Below, piece by piece: positions 1 to 10,656 of a DNA stretch of 64,000 bases; the first letter of the stretch is position 1; every line of letters begins with the position of its first letter. This DNA comes from Candidatus Kapaibacteriales bacterium. GTDB lineage: Bacteria; Bacteroidota; Ignavibacteria; Kapaibacteriales; UBA2268. The position numbers were made by a program, and so were the translations under genes. The DNA is taken from contig CBFIFP010000001.1 of NCBI GenBank assembly GCA_965661945.1, positions 515,638 to 579,637 on the forward strand, written 5' to 3'. The notes below the pieces were generated by a model that was given only the letters and a program-made list of their open reading frames with translations, searched no databases and was not told the origin of the DNA.

Positions 1-160
1 AATTATTAATTTAAAATTAAGCAAAATTAAGAAATAAAATAACTATACGAAAAATAAAAGGTATAGTTAAATTAATAAATTATATTTAATTTAGTTAAAT
101 TTTCTAATTTTAATATTTAATTATAATATGATTAAATTTAAAAACTTGTTGGGTATACTC

Positions 161-2044
161 TTATTTAACAACAGTAAAACTAACTAATTTTGTTCTTCCT
201 TTATTATATAATTTTAAATAATATGTTCCATTTGATAGGTCTTCTATGTTGTAACTTTTTTGGTAAAGTCCTGGAGATAAGTAAATATCATCTAATACTT
301 TAACTACTTTTCCATTTATATCAGCAATTGTTAAATTTATATTACTTTCATCTATTAAACTTAATGTTAGGACTAAGTCCTTGCTTGAAGGATTTGGACT
401 AATTGATAAACCAAAATTATGTTCTGAGTCATCAAATAACCTTAGTCCATCTTCTTCGCAAATTCCTGATATTGTTAATTTACCTGGAATTACTTGATAA
501 GTATATGAAGAACTTATACCTGTTACATTTACTGCATCCAACACAGTTTCTACATCAGTGCTTAACATCGCTTGCAAATTATAATTACCCCAATTTCCAG
601 CAATATTATTTGTTAATTTAAATTGTGAAATTGTTGCGAAATTATTATTTAAAGAAGCATCTTGATTATAGGCAATTTTTCCATTATATGTTAAATCAAC
701 GTCGAAACTTGTAATATCATCATTGATTAAAGGATTTTTTATGCTGACTTCAATTGGAACATTTACTATTTCACCGGGTTTTGCTTCAAGTTCTGGTAAT
801 ATTATTAAAACATCTGCCCTGTTTGGGTCATCAAAAAATATAGGGTCGGAAAAAGCGGAAAGACAGTCATCAACCATAATCCTTACAGTATATTCCCCTT
901 CTTCTGTTGGGTATAAAACATCATCATTTGCACCATCAATTTCTTCACCTTCATAAAACCATTGATTTCCAGACTTTACATTCGATTGAAAATAATCATC
1001 AATCTGCTCAACCTCAGGGATAATTTCATCAATAATTAAATAACTAATAGTATTGCTTGTTACGCATTCTCCATTTCCTATTGTAACTACATAATCCCTT
1101 GCTACATCACTAACAATAGTAACAGTCTTAGAAGTTGGGTCGCTAACTCCTATAGTAGGGAACCAACTAACTTGTAAATTAGTTGCGTCTGAATCAGCAT
1201 CTACAAAAACTTCACATTCTTCGTTTGGTTCGCATACAACAGCATCATCAGTAAAGAACTGGACTTCTTCAAGCAATCTTACATACATTGTATCATAAAA
1301 GATACAATCTCTACCATAAATTGCCTGAATAGTAACTTCTTCACTTTGAGTTATTTCATACCTTTCTCCTGTTACTCCATTACTCCAATGATACTCTTTT
1401 GCTCCATTAAAATTTACTGGAATTAAAAACTCGCCAGGGCACATAATTGTATCATTTCCTAAACCATAAATATATCCAGGTGAATTAGCGAACTCCCAGT
1501 TAGTATTAGAATTTTGGAAATCATCGCTCGACCTACCAGCATAAAAAGTAGCACCTCCATCTGCTTTAATATTTTTCAATTGTAGAAAATCTCCTGACAC
1601 AATCCCATCTTCTTTGTAATATGAAGTATGTTCTCTGTCGTTAGATTCTAAAACAATTGGAAAACATTGATTTCCTCTTAACTGCCAATGACTATAAATT
1701 GTTTGAGAATTTGGTGTATTTGTAATGTAAGTTCCTCCGGCTGTAAAAGATAATGTGTCATAAAAATTGCTTCCATTAAACCTTAGACTTCCATTTGAGT
1801 GTAACTTAGTAATAGTTGATGAATTGCCATTCAAATTTGAAAACACTTCTGATTCATCTAAGAAATATACTTCATTTAAAACACACGACATATTCAAGTC
1901 AAGATTACTATTAGGATTGGGAAAATTTATTATAGAATTGCCTGAATTTACACCATTTGTTTGTATTACAAATCTGTGACGAGGATTAAATGTAAAACTA
2001 CCCATATTCATTATAAGGTCGTTGGTATTATTAAAATAAAACAT
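161..2044 (-). CDS. C-terminal fragment (627 aa) of the adhesin-like gene, ending in a T9SS C-terminal sorting domain
   Basis: No signal peptide. Reading frame stays open for 17 codons upstream of the first Met back to the TAG at 2096-2098. The C-terminus matches the por-secretion-tail pattern. Confidence 0.55.
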   Translation of the reverse strand: MFYFNNTNDLIMNMGSFTFNPRHRFVIQTNGVNSGNSIINFPNPNSNLDLNMSCVLNEVYFLDESEVFSNLNGNSSTITKLHSNGSLRFNGSNFYDTLSFTAGGTYITNTPNSQTIYSHWQLRGNQCFPIVLESNDREHTSYYKEDGIVSGDFLQLKNIKADGGATFYAGRSSDDFQNSNTNWEFANSPGYIYGLGNDTIMCPGEFLIPVNFNGAKEYHWSNGVTGERYEITQSEEVTIQAIYGRDCIFYDTMYVRLLEEVQFFTDDAVVCEPNEECEVFVDADSDATNLQVSWFPTIGVSDPTSKTVTIVSDVARDYVVTIGNGECVTSNTISYLIIDEIIPEVEQIDDYFQSNVKSGNQWFYEGEEIDGANDDVLYPTEEGEYTVRIMVDDCLSAFSDPIFFDDPNRADVLIILPELEAKPGEIVNVPIEVSIKNPLINDDITSFDVDLTYNGKIAYNQDASLNNNFATISQFKLTNNIAGNWGNYNLQAMLSTDVETVLDAVNVTGISSSYTYQVIPGKLTISGICEEDGLRLFDDSEHNFGLSISPNPSSKDLVLTLSLIDESNINLTIADINGKVVKVLDDIYLSPGLYQKSYNIEDLSNGTYYLKLYNKGRTKLVSFTVVK

Positions 2045-2095
2045 TTGGTGAAAGTCAAAATTATTACCATTTGCATTGATAATCCCATTTGCAAT

Positions 2096-2833
2096 CTAAA
2101 AATTATTAGTGCCATAAAGATCAGTATTAAAATTATAAGTATTATTTTTACCAAGGAGTTCAAAGTGTTGGTTAAAATGTAAATAATTCTCTAATGAATA
2201 AGTTTGCGAATTACCAAAAATTTGTGTTTTTGGGATAACACAATTCATTCCAGATATTGTTGCACTTTCATTGCTTCCATAAAATTGAAGTTGAGATTCT
2301 CTATTAGTAAAACTAACATTTTCTTGGAAGAAAGCAGACCCAAAAAATCTTAAATAGTGGTCATTTTTTATAGTTATGCTATCAGCATTTCCATCAACAA
2401 TAAAATCTTTGCAAAAGGCAACAGGGGTATCGATATTTAAAGTAAATTCAGCATTGCTTGATTGCTCATTTATATTAACAATATCAAATGCTGAAGGAGG
2501 ACATACACCACCAGCTCCGCCAGAACTTAATGACCAATGATTTTCATCACTCCAGTTGCCTTCACCTCCAACCCAATATAATTCTCTGCCAGTTGCATTT
2601 AGAAAATCCCAGCCGATATTCCCACCTAAATCTACAGCATTATTAACTGAATATGGTGTATCACCTTGAGCTGTTAAACTTTCTAAAATTACATAGTTTG
2701 CATTAATTTCAGCACCTTCTAAATTAACATAAGTTGCTTGTTCCCCGTTATTTCTTAAAAAAACATATTCATTGCAATTTCCATTAACTTGAAAAAGTTT
2801 AGTGAAAGTTGAAGACATTGTTTGATTAAACAT
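2096..2833 (-). CDS. middle fragment (245 aa) of the same adhesin-like gene; no signal peptide; frame open upstream to 3010
   Basis: ORF has no ATG upstream of 2833 yet stays open to the stop at 3011-3013. Contains the same YWVGGEGNWSDENHWSLSSGGAGG motif. Confidence 0.5.
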   Translation of the reverse strand: MFNQTMSSTFTKLFQVNGNCNEYVFLRNNGEQATYVNLEGAEINANYVILESLTAQGDTPYSVNNAVDLGGNIGWDFLNATGRELYWVGGEGNWSDENHWSLSSGGAGGVCPPSAFDIVNINEQSSNAEFTLNIDTPVAFCKDFIVDGNADSITIKNDHYLRFFGSAFFQENVSFTNRESQLQFYGSNESATISGMNCVIPKTQIFGNSQTYSLENYLHFNQHFELLGKNNTYNFNTDLYGTNNF

Positions 2834-2934
2834 AGTAGTAAATCCAGCATCGAAAATAACTGAATCAGCGGTTAAATTGTCTTTTATTAAAAGATTAGAT
2901 TTGATTTCGAGTTTATTTAATTTTCCATCGTGGG

Positions 2935-4872
2935 TTATCTGTTTATTAAATCTTGAATTGTTTTCAAATAATACATTATAAAATTCTTTATTAAATGAAA
3001 TAAATGAGAGTTATTACCAAACAAATTTATTTGTGAAGTTCCAGCATCAAAATCAAAACTTTCTGAAAAAAATCTGAAATGCTCTTGAACATTGACTATT
3101 GAATTGAAAAAATTTATAGCAACAGTTCCGTTTCTTTGGTGGAAATTATTAACATTTAACTGACCACCATTTGAATTTAAAGTTCCGCCGTTTATTTCTA
3201 TAAGACTAGCTGACATATTGCCAAATAAATCATAAACACTACTACCACCAGTAAAGAAAATATCCCATTTACTTGCATAGTCATCTAAAAAGCTCCATTT
3301 GGTATCTTCATCTAACATAATTGTAGATTGCATATTATTTCCATTTGCTTGCACTTCACAAATTTCATTCCTATCTCTAAATCTAAGAACTCCATTATTT
3401 GTAAAATTAAAACTACCACCTAACCACATAGAACTATAAACAAAATTATCTTTTGAGTTCTCGATATTAACACTTCCCGAAAACCCTCTTGCATCAAAGT
3501 TTTTACAAAATATAACAGTACTTGAATACACGATTATCTGACCATTTAAACCAGAGTTATCATCAATAAAAACATCGTCTAAGGCACTCGGGGTACACTC
3601 CCCACAAGCTCCGCCAGAACTTAAAGACCAATGATTTCTATCATTCCAATTACCGCCACCACCAACCCAATATAGAGTTCTTGGCGTGTAAGCATCAAAA
3701 TTCCAACCCAAATTCTCATCAATATTATATGAATTATTTGCTTGAAAATCTGCTCCACCTTCGGCTATAATCGCTTCTATGTGTAAGTAGTCTGTTTCAA
3801 AAACAGCATTTTGACTTATTAGCTTAGCCGTTCTGTAAACACCGGTATATAACAAAATTCCATAATCACAATCTCCTATAGCTAAAAACTTATCATTAAT
3901 TGTATGCTCAGTCCCTGGTCTAAATTCGACTTTATGACCTTTTATTATTTCAATTTCATCTGAATTAGTATTTGCTTCAATTTTTAAATTTGCATTTACA
4001 TATAATTTCTTAAAATTAGCTTGACCCCTAATAAAATTATAGTTTTGATTATTATTTTCAAAATTAAATATATTAAAATTATGCCCTCTTGCAATTAGTT
4101 CAGAATTAGTGCTATACTCAGTAAAAACTGAATTACAAGATCTAAAATTTTCAACTTTATTGTTAATGTCCACAATTCTGTTATAAACATCAATATAAGA
4201 TGTATTCAAATTCATAATAGTTTCTTGATTCCTAACCATAAATTCATTACATCTTAAATGCACATCATTAAAATTATGAGTTCCACCATTTGCGTTAAAT
4301 GAATGATTCACATACATTGAGTCATTGTAATTATAAATATTATTTCCATTAAAAGTGGCTGCTCCATTAGTCCAAAATCCATCTATCATATTCCAATTTG
4401 CATTTTGACCTAAAAACAACAAATGAGCAAATTTATTACCAGCAGTTTGAAAAATATAATCTCCATCTTCTGCAAAAAAAGTAAATACACTATTTGTATT
4501 TAATGTAATTTGTTCGGTAAAAAGCGCAGAACCGTATATATTAAATGGTATTTCGTTATTATGTATAATTGTTATTTTTTTATTTGGGTCAGTAATTCGG
4601 GTAAAGTTTAAATCTCTACAAACAGCATCAGCTTCAATTGTTATTGTAATTTCATTTTCAGTTCCAAAAGAATTATCATCAAAATAAACATCATCATTTG
4701 TGCCTGGCACCTGTCCGTGTTCTAAAGCAATTCCTCCAGATTCAAAAGCCCAATGCTCAAAAAATGCGTGCCATTTACCTGTTCCTTCAACCCAGAAGTA
4801 ATCTTTTGAATTTGCTTGACTCGAAACAAATAATACGCTAAAAATAAATAAAAAGAATTTGTAATTAATCAT
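2935..4872 (-). CDS. N-terminal fragment (645 aa) of the giant secreted adhesin-like protein; signal peptide present
   Basis: Six-frame ORF. N-terminal signal peptide. Asn/Gly/Thr-rich beta-rich composition. W-G-G-GNW..HWS.SSGG motif present twice. Confidence 0.55.
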   Translation of the reverse strand: MINYKFFLFIFSVLFVSSQANSKDYFWVEGTGKWHAFFEHWAFESGGIALEHGQVPGTNDDVYFDDNSFGTENEITITIEADAVCRDLNFTRITDPNKKITIIHNNEIPFNIYGSALFTEQITLNTNSVFTFFAEDGDYIFQTAGNKFAHLLFLGQNANWNMIDGFWTNGAATFNGNNIYNYNDSMYVNHSFNANGGTHNFNDVHLRCNEFMVRNQETIMNLNTSYIDVYNRIVDINNKVENFRSCNSVFTEYSTNSELIARGHNFNIFNFENNNQNYNFIRGQANFKKLYVNANLKIEANTNSDEIEIIKGHKVEFRPGTEHTINDKFLAIGDCDYGILLYTGVYRTAKLISQNAVFETDYLHIEAIIAEGGADFQANNSYNIDENLGWNFDAYTPRTLYWVGGGGNWNDRNHWSLSSGGACGECTPSALDDVFIDDNSGLNGQIIVYSSTVIFCKNFDARGFSGSVNIENSKDNFVYSSMWLGGSFNFTNNGVLRFRDRNEICEVQANGNNMQSTIMLDEDTKWSFLDDYASKWDIFFTGGSSVYDLFGNMSASLIEINGGTLNSNGGQLNVNNFHQRNGTVAINFFNSIVNVQEHFRFFSESFDFDAGTSQINLFGNNSHLFHLIKNFIMYYLKTIQDLINR

Positions 4873-4876
4873 AATC

Positions 4877-6867
4877 TCACCTTGTTATCTCTGTTTCTAC
4901 TATAATTTCTGTTGTTCTACAATAAAATCTTCCCTCAGGAAAGAAATTATCATATAACAGCAATGATTCACCTCGTCCCTCAGTAATTATATCCTTTATT
5001 TTAATATAATTAACAATACTTTTAGCTCTTCTATCAGAAAGCTCTAAGTTATGTTCTTCTGTTCCTGTTCTATCAGTATAAGCATAAGCCCAACCCTTAG
5101 AGTTAGGGTGAATTCTATTATTGATTATATCAACAATTTTTTGATTAGCATCGGTTAATCGGGACTTATCAAATTCAAAGAGAATTAAATTATATTTTGA
5201 ACGCTCGATAAATGTTTCTTTCTCATCTGGATTTTCAACAATAGTAAATGGAATTTTACCTTTTTTATTAAATGATTTACCATTGTGAGAAGTCAGATTT
5301 AAATCAAATTCTAATTCCTCGTCACCAACAATAAAAAATTTAAATTGGTCTAAGTTTATTTCAAAATAATCATTATTAAAGTTTTTTCCAGATTTTTTGA
5401 AGATATTGTTACCCTCAAAATAAACATTCAAGTCCCAATTTAAATCTTTAACTTTATTTTTATCATTAACATATATTTTTAATCGTGGTATATTAAAATC
5501 AGAATAATATTCTTCATCAATAATTGGTTTAACAATTTCCCAATCTTCTGAATGAATTTCCACTCTTCTATTTTTAACTATTCCATCATTATGATTTACA
5601 TTTGAAGGTAAACTTGGTAAATTTCTTAACTCAATTTTTATTCTATCTGGATTTATCTTCCAATCATTTATAAAATAATCTCTAACAGCAATTGCTCTTT
5701 TTTCCGATAATGTTTTGTTCCCAAGTTCTAAATTCTCATCTGAATTACAACCAATTAAAGTAATAGATGATTGAGGTCTTTGTCGCAATCTTTTTCCTAC
5801 AACATTCATCACATTGTAATAAATATCCATAGTTGGAAGGTGCTTCACCGAATCAATATCAAATTTTTCTACCTGTTTGTCATTCAAATCAACATATTCT
5901 TTTCTAATTTTTGAGCTATTTTCTAAAAAAAATACATAAGTAAGAATTGGCTTTAAAGTGAAGTTATACCTTTCAGTTGTAGTAATCTCTAAAATACTTT
6001 CTTCTCTTCCTAAACTATCTACACCTTTGAAATCAAATTCTATATCTGGTACTGTCAGTTCTTTTTTTACGGCAATAGGTATTGGTGGAGGTGGAGGAGA
6101 AATAATTGGAAGTGGAGGTTGCTGGTATTTATAATTATACAAAATCTCAATCCCTACTTTAATTCTATTTTCGTAAAAATTTATCCCATTAACATTCGAT
6201 GAAAGAGCATAATCAAATCCTATTTCTGGTTTCGCAATCCAAGAGTAATTCTTTTTTAATGGAATAGTGTAATTTAATCCAATAGATAAGAAACTTGCCA
6301 ATGGATTTAATTCAGGTATTTCGCCGCTTTTTTCATTTCTGATATTAGTCCGAGTATCCTCAAAAACACCTCTATCAACAGGATTAATTATTTTTTCTTG
6401 TTGAGAGAAATTTGAATTAATAGGTATTCTTAGATTTAATCCAAAATTCACATTATTTTTTAAGCGACTTCGTATTCTAAAAGAGGATAAAAATTAATAT
6501 AATTTACATTAGTTTCAAGAGTATGTTCATATTGTCCGTCGTAAGGCTGGTTGTCAACAGAAAAAGTTTCATTTTCAATTGTGGAAAAGTTATTTTTAGA
6601 ATTATAATAAACTAAGCGAGTTCCAAGTTTTAATTTCGGGTGAAGCATATTTAATTTATAATAAACAACTCCCCCAATTCCAAAAGCAAAACCACTTCCC
6701 CCATCAAATTTATTACAGCAATTTGGAATACCTGGTAAAGCCCCAAAGTCAGAGTTAATAAGGTTAATTCCGTAATCGCCATAAACACCATAAAAGAAAT
6801 CTTCCTTTTCTAATGCATTCAAATTACAAAAAATTAAAAAAATAAGTAAGTAAAATAGTTTTTTCAT
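4877..6867 (-). pseudogene. OmpA-family outer membrane protein gene, apparently split by a frameshift near 6463-6493 into a 135-aa and a 524-aa ORF
   Basis: The 135-aa ORF (6460-6867) has a signal peptide plus beta-strand-like sequence. The 524-aa ORF (4877-6451, GTG start) lacks a signal peptide and begins with barrel-like strands. It then has a PPPPP linker and a C-terminal OmpA domain (..TDRTGTEEHNLELSDRRAKSIVNYI..EGRFYCRTTEIIV). The two frames overlap open across 6463-6493. Confidence 0.55.
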
Positions 6868-6913
6868 ATTAGCATATTTAATAAATAACTATTTAAAAAG
6901 GGAATTAATATTT

Positions 6914-8077
6914 TTATTGTGGAAACATTTTTAAAATTTTTTCTGTTTGAGATTCATAGCTATAGTCCTTTGCAACAAGTTTTGCTTGTTCTATCATTTT
7001 TTTCCTAACTTCTAAATCTCTAACTTTCTCAATAGCATTAATTACGTCATTAATCTTTAAATCTGAATCCACTAAAACTCCAACTTTATTTTTATTAATT
7101 ACTCTTTGAATTTGTGGCAGATTAGTAGCTATAGTTGGAATTCCTGCCATAATATATTCAAATAATTTATTAGGTAAGGCAAGTTCGTAAGAAACAGAGA
7201 TAGGTTCGAACAAGCATAATCCTACATCTGCAGATGCGGTTATATCAAGTAGTCTTGAGTATGGCACTCTTCCAGTAAAAGTCACTTTTTTTGACATTCC
7301 TTTATCAATAACATATTGAGCTAAATCTTGATAATATTCTCCAGCACCAACAATAAAAAGATGTACATTTTCGATATTAGAAATTGCATCAATAACAATT
7401 TTTAATCCTCTTCCTTTAAGAATCATTCCTTGATATATTAATATCAGAGTATCATAAGATAAGTCTGCTTTTACTCTTAATAAATCTGTATGTTTTGGAG
7501 TTTGATATGGTGGTAAATTCATAATTTCGACATAAGGAGCTGAAGTATTAAAATACCCCAGAAGAAATTCTGTATCTCCTTTTCCTGTTGTGATTATCTT
7601 ATCCACTTCTTTAATATACATTTTTTCTATTTTAGAAATAAGAACTTGTTTTAATGAATGACCTGAAAGAGGTCCTAATTGTGAGTATATTTCTCTTGAG
7701 TCATAATATAAACGAGATTGAGCCCCCATAAATCGCATAGCTTTTTTCATATCAGAAGCAACAGGGAGTGAATACAAATCGCAAGCATAATAAAATTTTG
7801 CGTTAATATCACCTTTTAATTTATTTGTATCTAATTTGAATTTAGACCAACGTACAGAAACTTTTTGATGTTTTGATTTTTCAATGGGAAAAAAATTTAT
7901 GTTGAAAGATTTGTAATATCTTTTTTCTACTTCCGAACCAAAAGCAATAAGAGCAACATTTTTACCTTTTCTGGCTGTAAGTTTAGCAATATTAATGGTT
8001 CTAGCATCAACAAGCGGCTCATTGAAACAAATAAAACATATATCAAAATTATAAGTGTTTATAATAGGATTACTCAT
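6914..8077 (-). CDS. glycosyltransferase, GT-B fold (GT4/GT1-like)
   Basis: 387 aa. C-terminal motif ..LFEPISVSYELALPNKLFEYIMAGIPTIATNLP.. is typical of the GT4 E-x7-E region. Confidence 0.65.
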   Translation of the reverse strand: MSNPIINTYNFDICFICFNEPLVDARTINIAKLTARKGKNVALIAFGSEVEKRYYKSFNINFFPIEKSKHQKVSVRWSKFKLDTNKLKGDINAKFYYACDLYSLPVASDMKKAMRFMGAQSRLYYDSREIYSQLGPLSGHSLKQVLISKIEKMYIKEVDKIITTGKGDTEFLLGYFNTSAPYVEIMNLPPYQTPKHTDLLRVKADLSYDTLILIYQGMILKGRGLKIVIDAISNIENVHLFIVGAGEYYQDLAQYVIDKGMSKKVTFTGRVPYSRLLDITASADVGLCLFEPISVSYELALPNKLFEYIMAGIPTIATNLPQIQRVINKNKVGVLVDSDLKINDVINAIEKVRDLEVRKKMIEQAKLVAKDYSYESQTEKILKMFPQ

Positions 8078-8163
8078 TTCCGAAATAATTTATTATTTTT
8101 GTGTTAGATAAATAGCAATATAACAAAATTTATTTCATTTTAAGTATTAACTAGGAAAAAGTA

Positions 8164-10206
8164 ATGGAATTTGGACTTAAAAATATAATCTTCATTTTAG
8201 TATTTACTGCCGGTGGTGGATTCTTCACAATGAATGTGATGAAATTAATCTCTTACTTAAAACTTGCCAAACCTGATAACAGATTTGGTGATATTGGTAA
8301 AAGAATAATGAATACTTTGGTTGTAGCAATAGGGCAAAAGAAAATTTTAAGAGATAAAAAAGCCGGTCCTATTCACGCTGGTATCTTTTGGGGATTTTTG
8401 ATTTTACTTTTTTCTGCTTTAAACTCTGTTTTTTCGGGTTTTGGAATAGATGGAGTTTTTGGTTACTTAGGACCAGTATTCTCTGTAATCACAATATTAA
8501 CTGACTTATTTATTGCCCTAATAATTGTTGCTGTAGTTATGGCATTAATTAGAAGATTAGTTGTTAAAGTGCCTCGTTTACATAGAGAAGGGCATAGCCA
8601 AGCTGAAGCATCTATGATATTAATGATAATCTTTTTTATTGTTACTTCCTTGATGTTTGAAAACGCTTCAGCAATAGTAATGGGACACGACACTGAATGG
8701 GCTGTGAGACCTCTAGCCTCTTCGTTAACAGGATTAATTTCTCCAGATTTTGCACCTACACTCTATGAAATTTGTTGGTGGATACATATTGTTTTAATTA
8801 TTGTATTTATGAACTTTTTACCTTACTCAAAACACTTACACGTTTTAACTTCTGTGCCTAATGTATTTTTCTCAAACTTAACTCCTACAAATAGTTTAAA
8901 ACCAATTGACTTTGAAGATGAAAGCATTGAGCAGTATGGAGCAGCGGATTTTGAAGATTTTTCATGGAAAACTATACACGATTCTTATACTTGTACTGAA
9001 TGTGGTAGATGTACTTCTGTTTGTCCTGCAAATCAAACTGGTAAAGTGCTTGACCCACGTGAAATTATGATTCAAATCAGAAATCGAACTATGGATAAAG
9101 CTCCAATTGCTCTAAAAATGAAAAAAGAAGATGAAGTTGCGAAAACTGAAAATCGTGAGCCAGATTACAAATTAACTGAAGAAGAACAAACTATATTAGA
9201 TAAAAAACTTATTGGCGATTATGTAAATCCTGAAGCACTATGGCAATGTACTACTTGCTCAGCTTGTATGGAAGAATGTCCTGTAAATATCGAACACGTT
9301 CCTGCTATTCTTGATATGCGTAGAAATTTAGTTTTAATGGAAGCAGAATTTCCTGCCGAACTTGGAACACCATTTACAAATATTGAAAACAACTCTGCAC
9401 CTTGGGCTTTTGGATTAGATGCACGTGCAGATTGGGCTGAAGGGACTGATGTGCAAGAAGTTGCCGAAAAAGAGGATTTCGATGTGCTGTTTTGGGTGGG
9501 TTGTGCAGGTTCTTTTGACGATAGAGCAAAGAATGTAACCACTTCTTTTGCAAAACTTATGCAGATTGCTGGAGTGAATTTTGCAATACTCGGAAGAGAA
9601 GAGAATTGCACCGGAGACCCAGCTCGTCGTGGTGGAAATGAATACCTTGCTGATATGTATGTGAAAATGAACGTTGAAACAATGAACAATTATAATGTTA
9701 AAACAATAGTTGCAACTTGTCCGCACTGTTTCAATACACTTAAAAATGAATATCCAGATTTTGGTGGAAATTATGAAGTATTTCATCACACAGAATACCT
9801 ACAAAAATTACTTGATGAAGGAAAATTAAAAACTAATGCTTCAACCAAAGAAGAACTCTCAATTGCAATGCACGACTCTTGCTACGTAGGGAGACTAAAC
9901 AACATCTATGATGAACCAAGAAACACCCTCCTTAAAATTCCAGGTATGAATGTATTAGAACCAAAACGCAACAAAGATAAGGGCTTCTGTTGTGGAGCTG
10001 GTGGCGCCCAAATGTTTATGGAAGAAAACCAAGGCAAGCGAGTAAACATAGAAAGAACAGAAGAACTCCTTGCCACAGGAGCAAAAACAATCGCCCTAAA
10101 CTGTCCATTCTGTATGACAATGATTAACGACGGCTTAAAAGCAAAAGAATCTGACGTAAAAGTAAAAGATATTTCGGAGATATTGTTGGAGAATATTCAA
10201 CACTAA
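8164..10206 (+). CDS. membrane-anchored Fe-S oxidoreductase: NarI/HdrE-like N-terminal multi-TM domain, two 4Fe-4S ferredoxin motifs and two CCG (HdrD/GlpC-type) cysteine-rich domains
   Basis: 680 aa. About 5 TM helices in the first 230 aa. CTECGRCTSVCP and CTTCSACMEECP ferredoxin motifs. CCGAGGAQMF and CAGSFDD CCG motifs. Confidence 0.7.
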   Translation: MEFGLKNIIFILVFTAGGGFFTMNVMKLISYLKLAKPDNRFGDIGKRIMNTLVVAIGQKKILRDKKAGPIHAGIFWGFLILLFSALNSVFSGFGIDGVFGYLGPVFSVITILTDLFIALIIVAVVMALIRRLVVKVPRLHREGHSQAEASMILMIIFFIVTSLMFENASAIVMGHDTEWAVRPLASSLTGLISPDFAPTLYEICWWIHIVLIIVFMNFLPYSKHLHVLTSVPNVFFSNLTPTNSLKPIDFEDESIEQYGAADFEDFSWKTIHDSYTCTECGRCTSVCPANQTGKVLDPREIMIQIRNRTMDKAPIALKMKKEDEVAKTENREPDYKLTEEEQTILDKKLIGDYVNPEALWQCTTCSACMEECPVNIEHVPAILDMRRNLVLMEAEFPAELGTPFTNIENNSAPWAFGLDARADWAEGTDVQEVAEKEDFDVLFWVGCAGSFDDRAKNVTTSFAKLMQIAGVNFAILGREENCTGDPARRGGNEYLADMYVKMNVETMNNYNVKTIVATCPHCFNTLKNEYPDFGGNYEVFHHTEYLQKLLDEGKLKTNASTKEELSIAMHDSCYVGRLNNIYDEPRNTLLKIPGMNVLEPKRNKDKGFCCGAGGAQMFMEENQGKRVNIERTEELLATGAKTIALNCPFCMTMINDGLKAKESDVKVKDISEILLENIQH

Positions 10207-10221
10207 TTATAAGGAAACATT

Positions 10222-10638
10222 ATGCTAAAAAAATCAATTATTGCTTTACTTTTATTCTTATCATTCTTCTTTTTAGCAATGATTAATATTAGTTTACTTC
10301 AGAATGGAACTATTAATTATGAAGTATTAGAAGAGAATATACTTTCTTTTATGTTCTTCATTGGGTTAAGTTTATCAGCTCTATTAGTTTATCATTTAGT
10401 TTTAGGAAAAATTGATTTTGTTGAACAAATTAAGAATAGTTATTCATATCATTTGCATGTAATTTTAACATTTTTGATTCCTAATTTATTTTATTATAAT
10501 ATATATTTCAGCACAACACCATACACTGAATTATTTTATTCAATTTTTAATTTCGCACTACCAATTAACTTTATGTTTTTTAATTTTAAAATATTTTCTA
10601 AGAAAAATATAATAGCAATGAAAAGTTCTAAAATATAG
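10222..10638 (+). CDS. small hydrophobic membrane protein (4 predicted TM segments), unknown function
   Basis: 138-aa ORF 15 nt after the Fe-S oxidoreductase. Coherent hydrophobic segments. The region is AT-rich, so a chance ORF is possible. Confidence 0.35.
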   Translation: MLKKSIIALLLFLSFFFLAMINISLLQNGTINYEVLEENILSFMFFIGLSLSALLVYHLVLGKIDFVEQIKNSYSYHLHVILTFLIPNLFYYNIYFSTTPYTELFYSIFNFALPINFMFFNFKIFSKKNIIAMKSSKI

Positions 10639-10656
10639 TTAAATATTTGTTTTACA

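Larger units (their letters stand above)
161..4872 (-). pseudogene. giant T9SS-cargo adhesin-like gene, apparently one ~1560-codon gene split into three ORFs (645 + 245 + 627 aa) by a frameshift and an in-frame TAG
   Basis: Only the 645-aa piece has a signal peptide (MINYKFFLFIFSVLFVSSQA). Only the 627-aa piece ends in a T9SS-like CTD (..GTYYLKLYNKGRTKLVSFTVVK). The 245- and 627-aa pieces are in the same frame, separated by a single TAG at 2096-2098. The 645- and 245-aa frames are both open across 2938-3010. The motif YWVGGxGNWxDxNHWSLSSGGAxG recurs in both the 645- and 245-aa pieces. Confidence 0.6.

Noticed and set aside
403-956. Small plus-strand ORFs (72 and 77 aa) inside the adhesin gene, and the many similar 60-150-aa ORFs antisense to long genes throughout the window
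   Set aside because: Entirely embedded and antisense within long, coherent coding regions. Low-complexity translations typical of AT-rich antisense frames.
2096-2098. In-frame TAG as pyrrolysine or other recoding
   Set aside because: No pyl genes in the window. The organism otherwise appears to use the standard code. An ordinary nonsense mutation or sequencing error is far more parsimonious.
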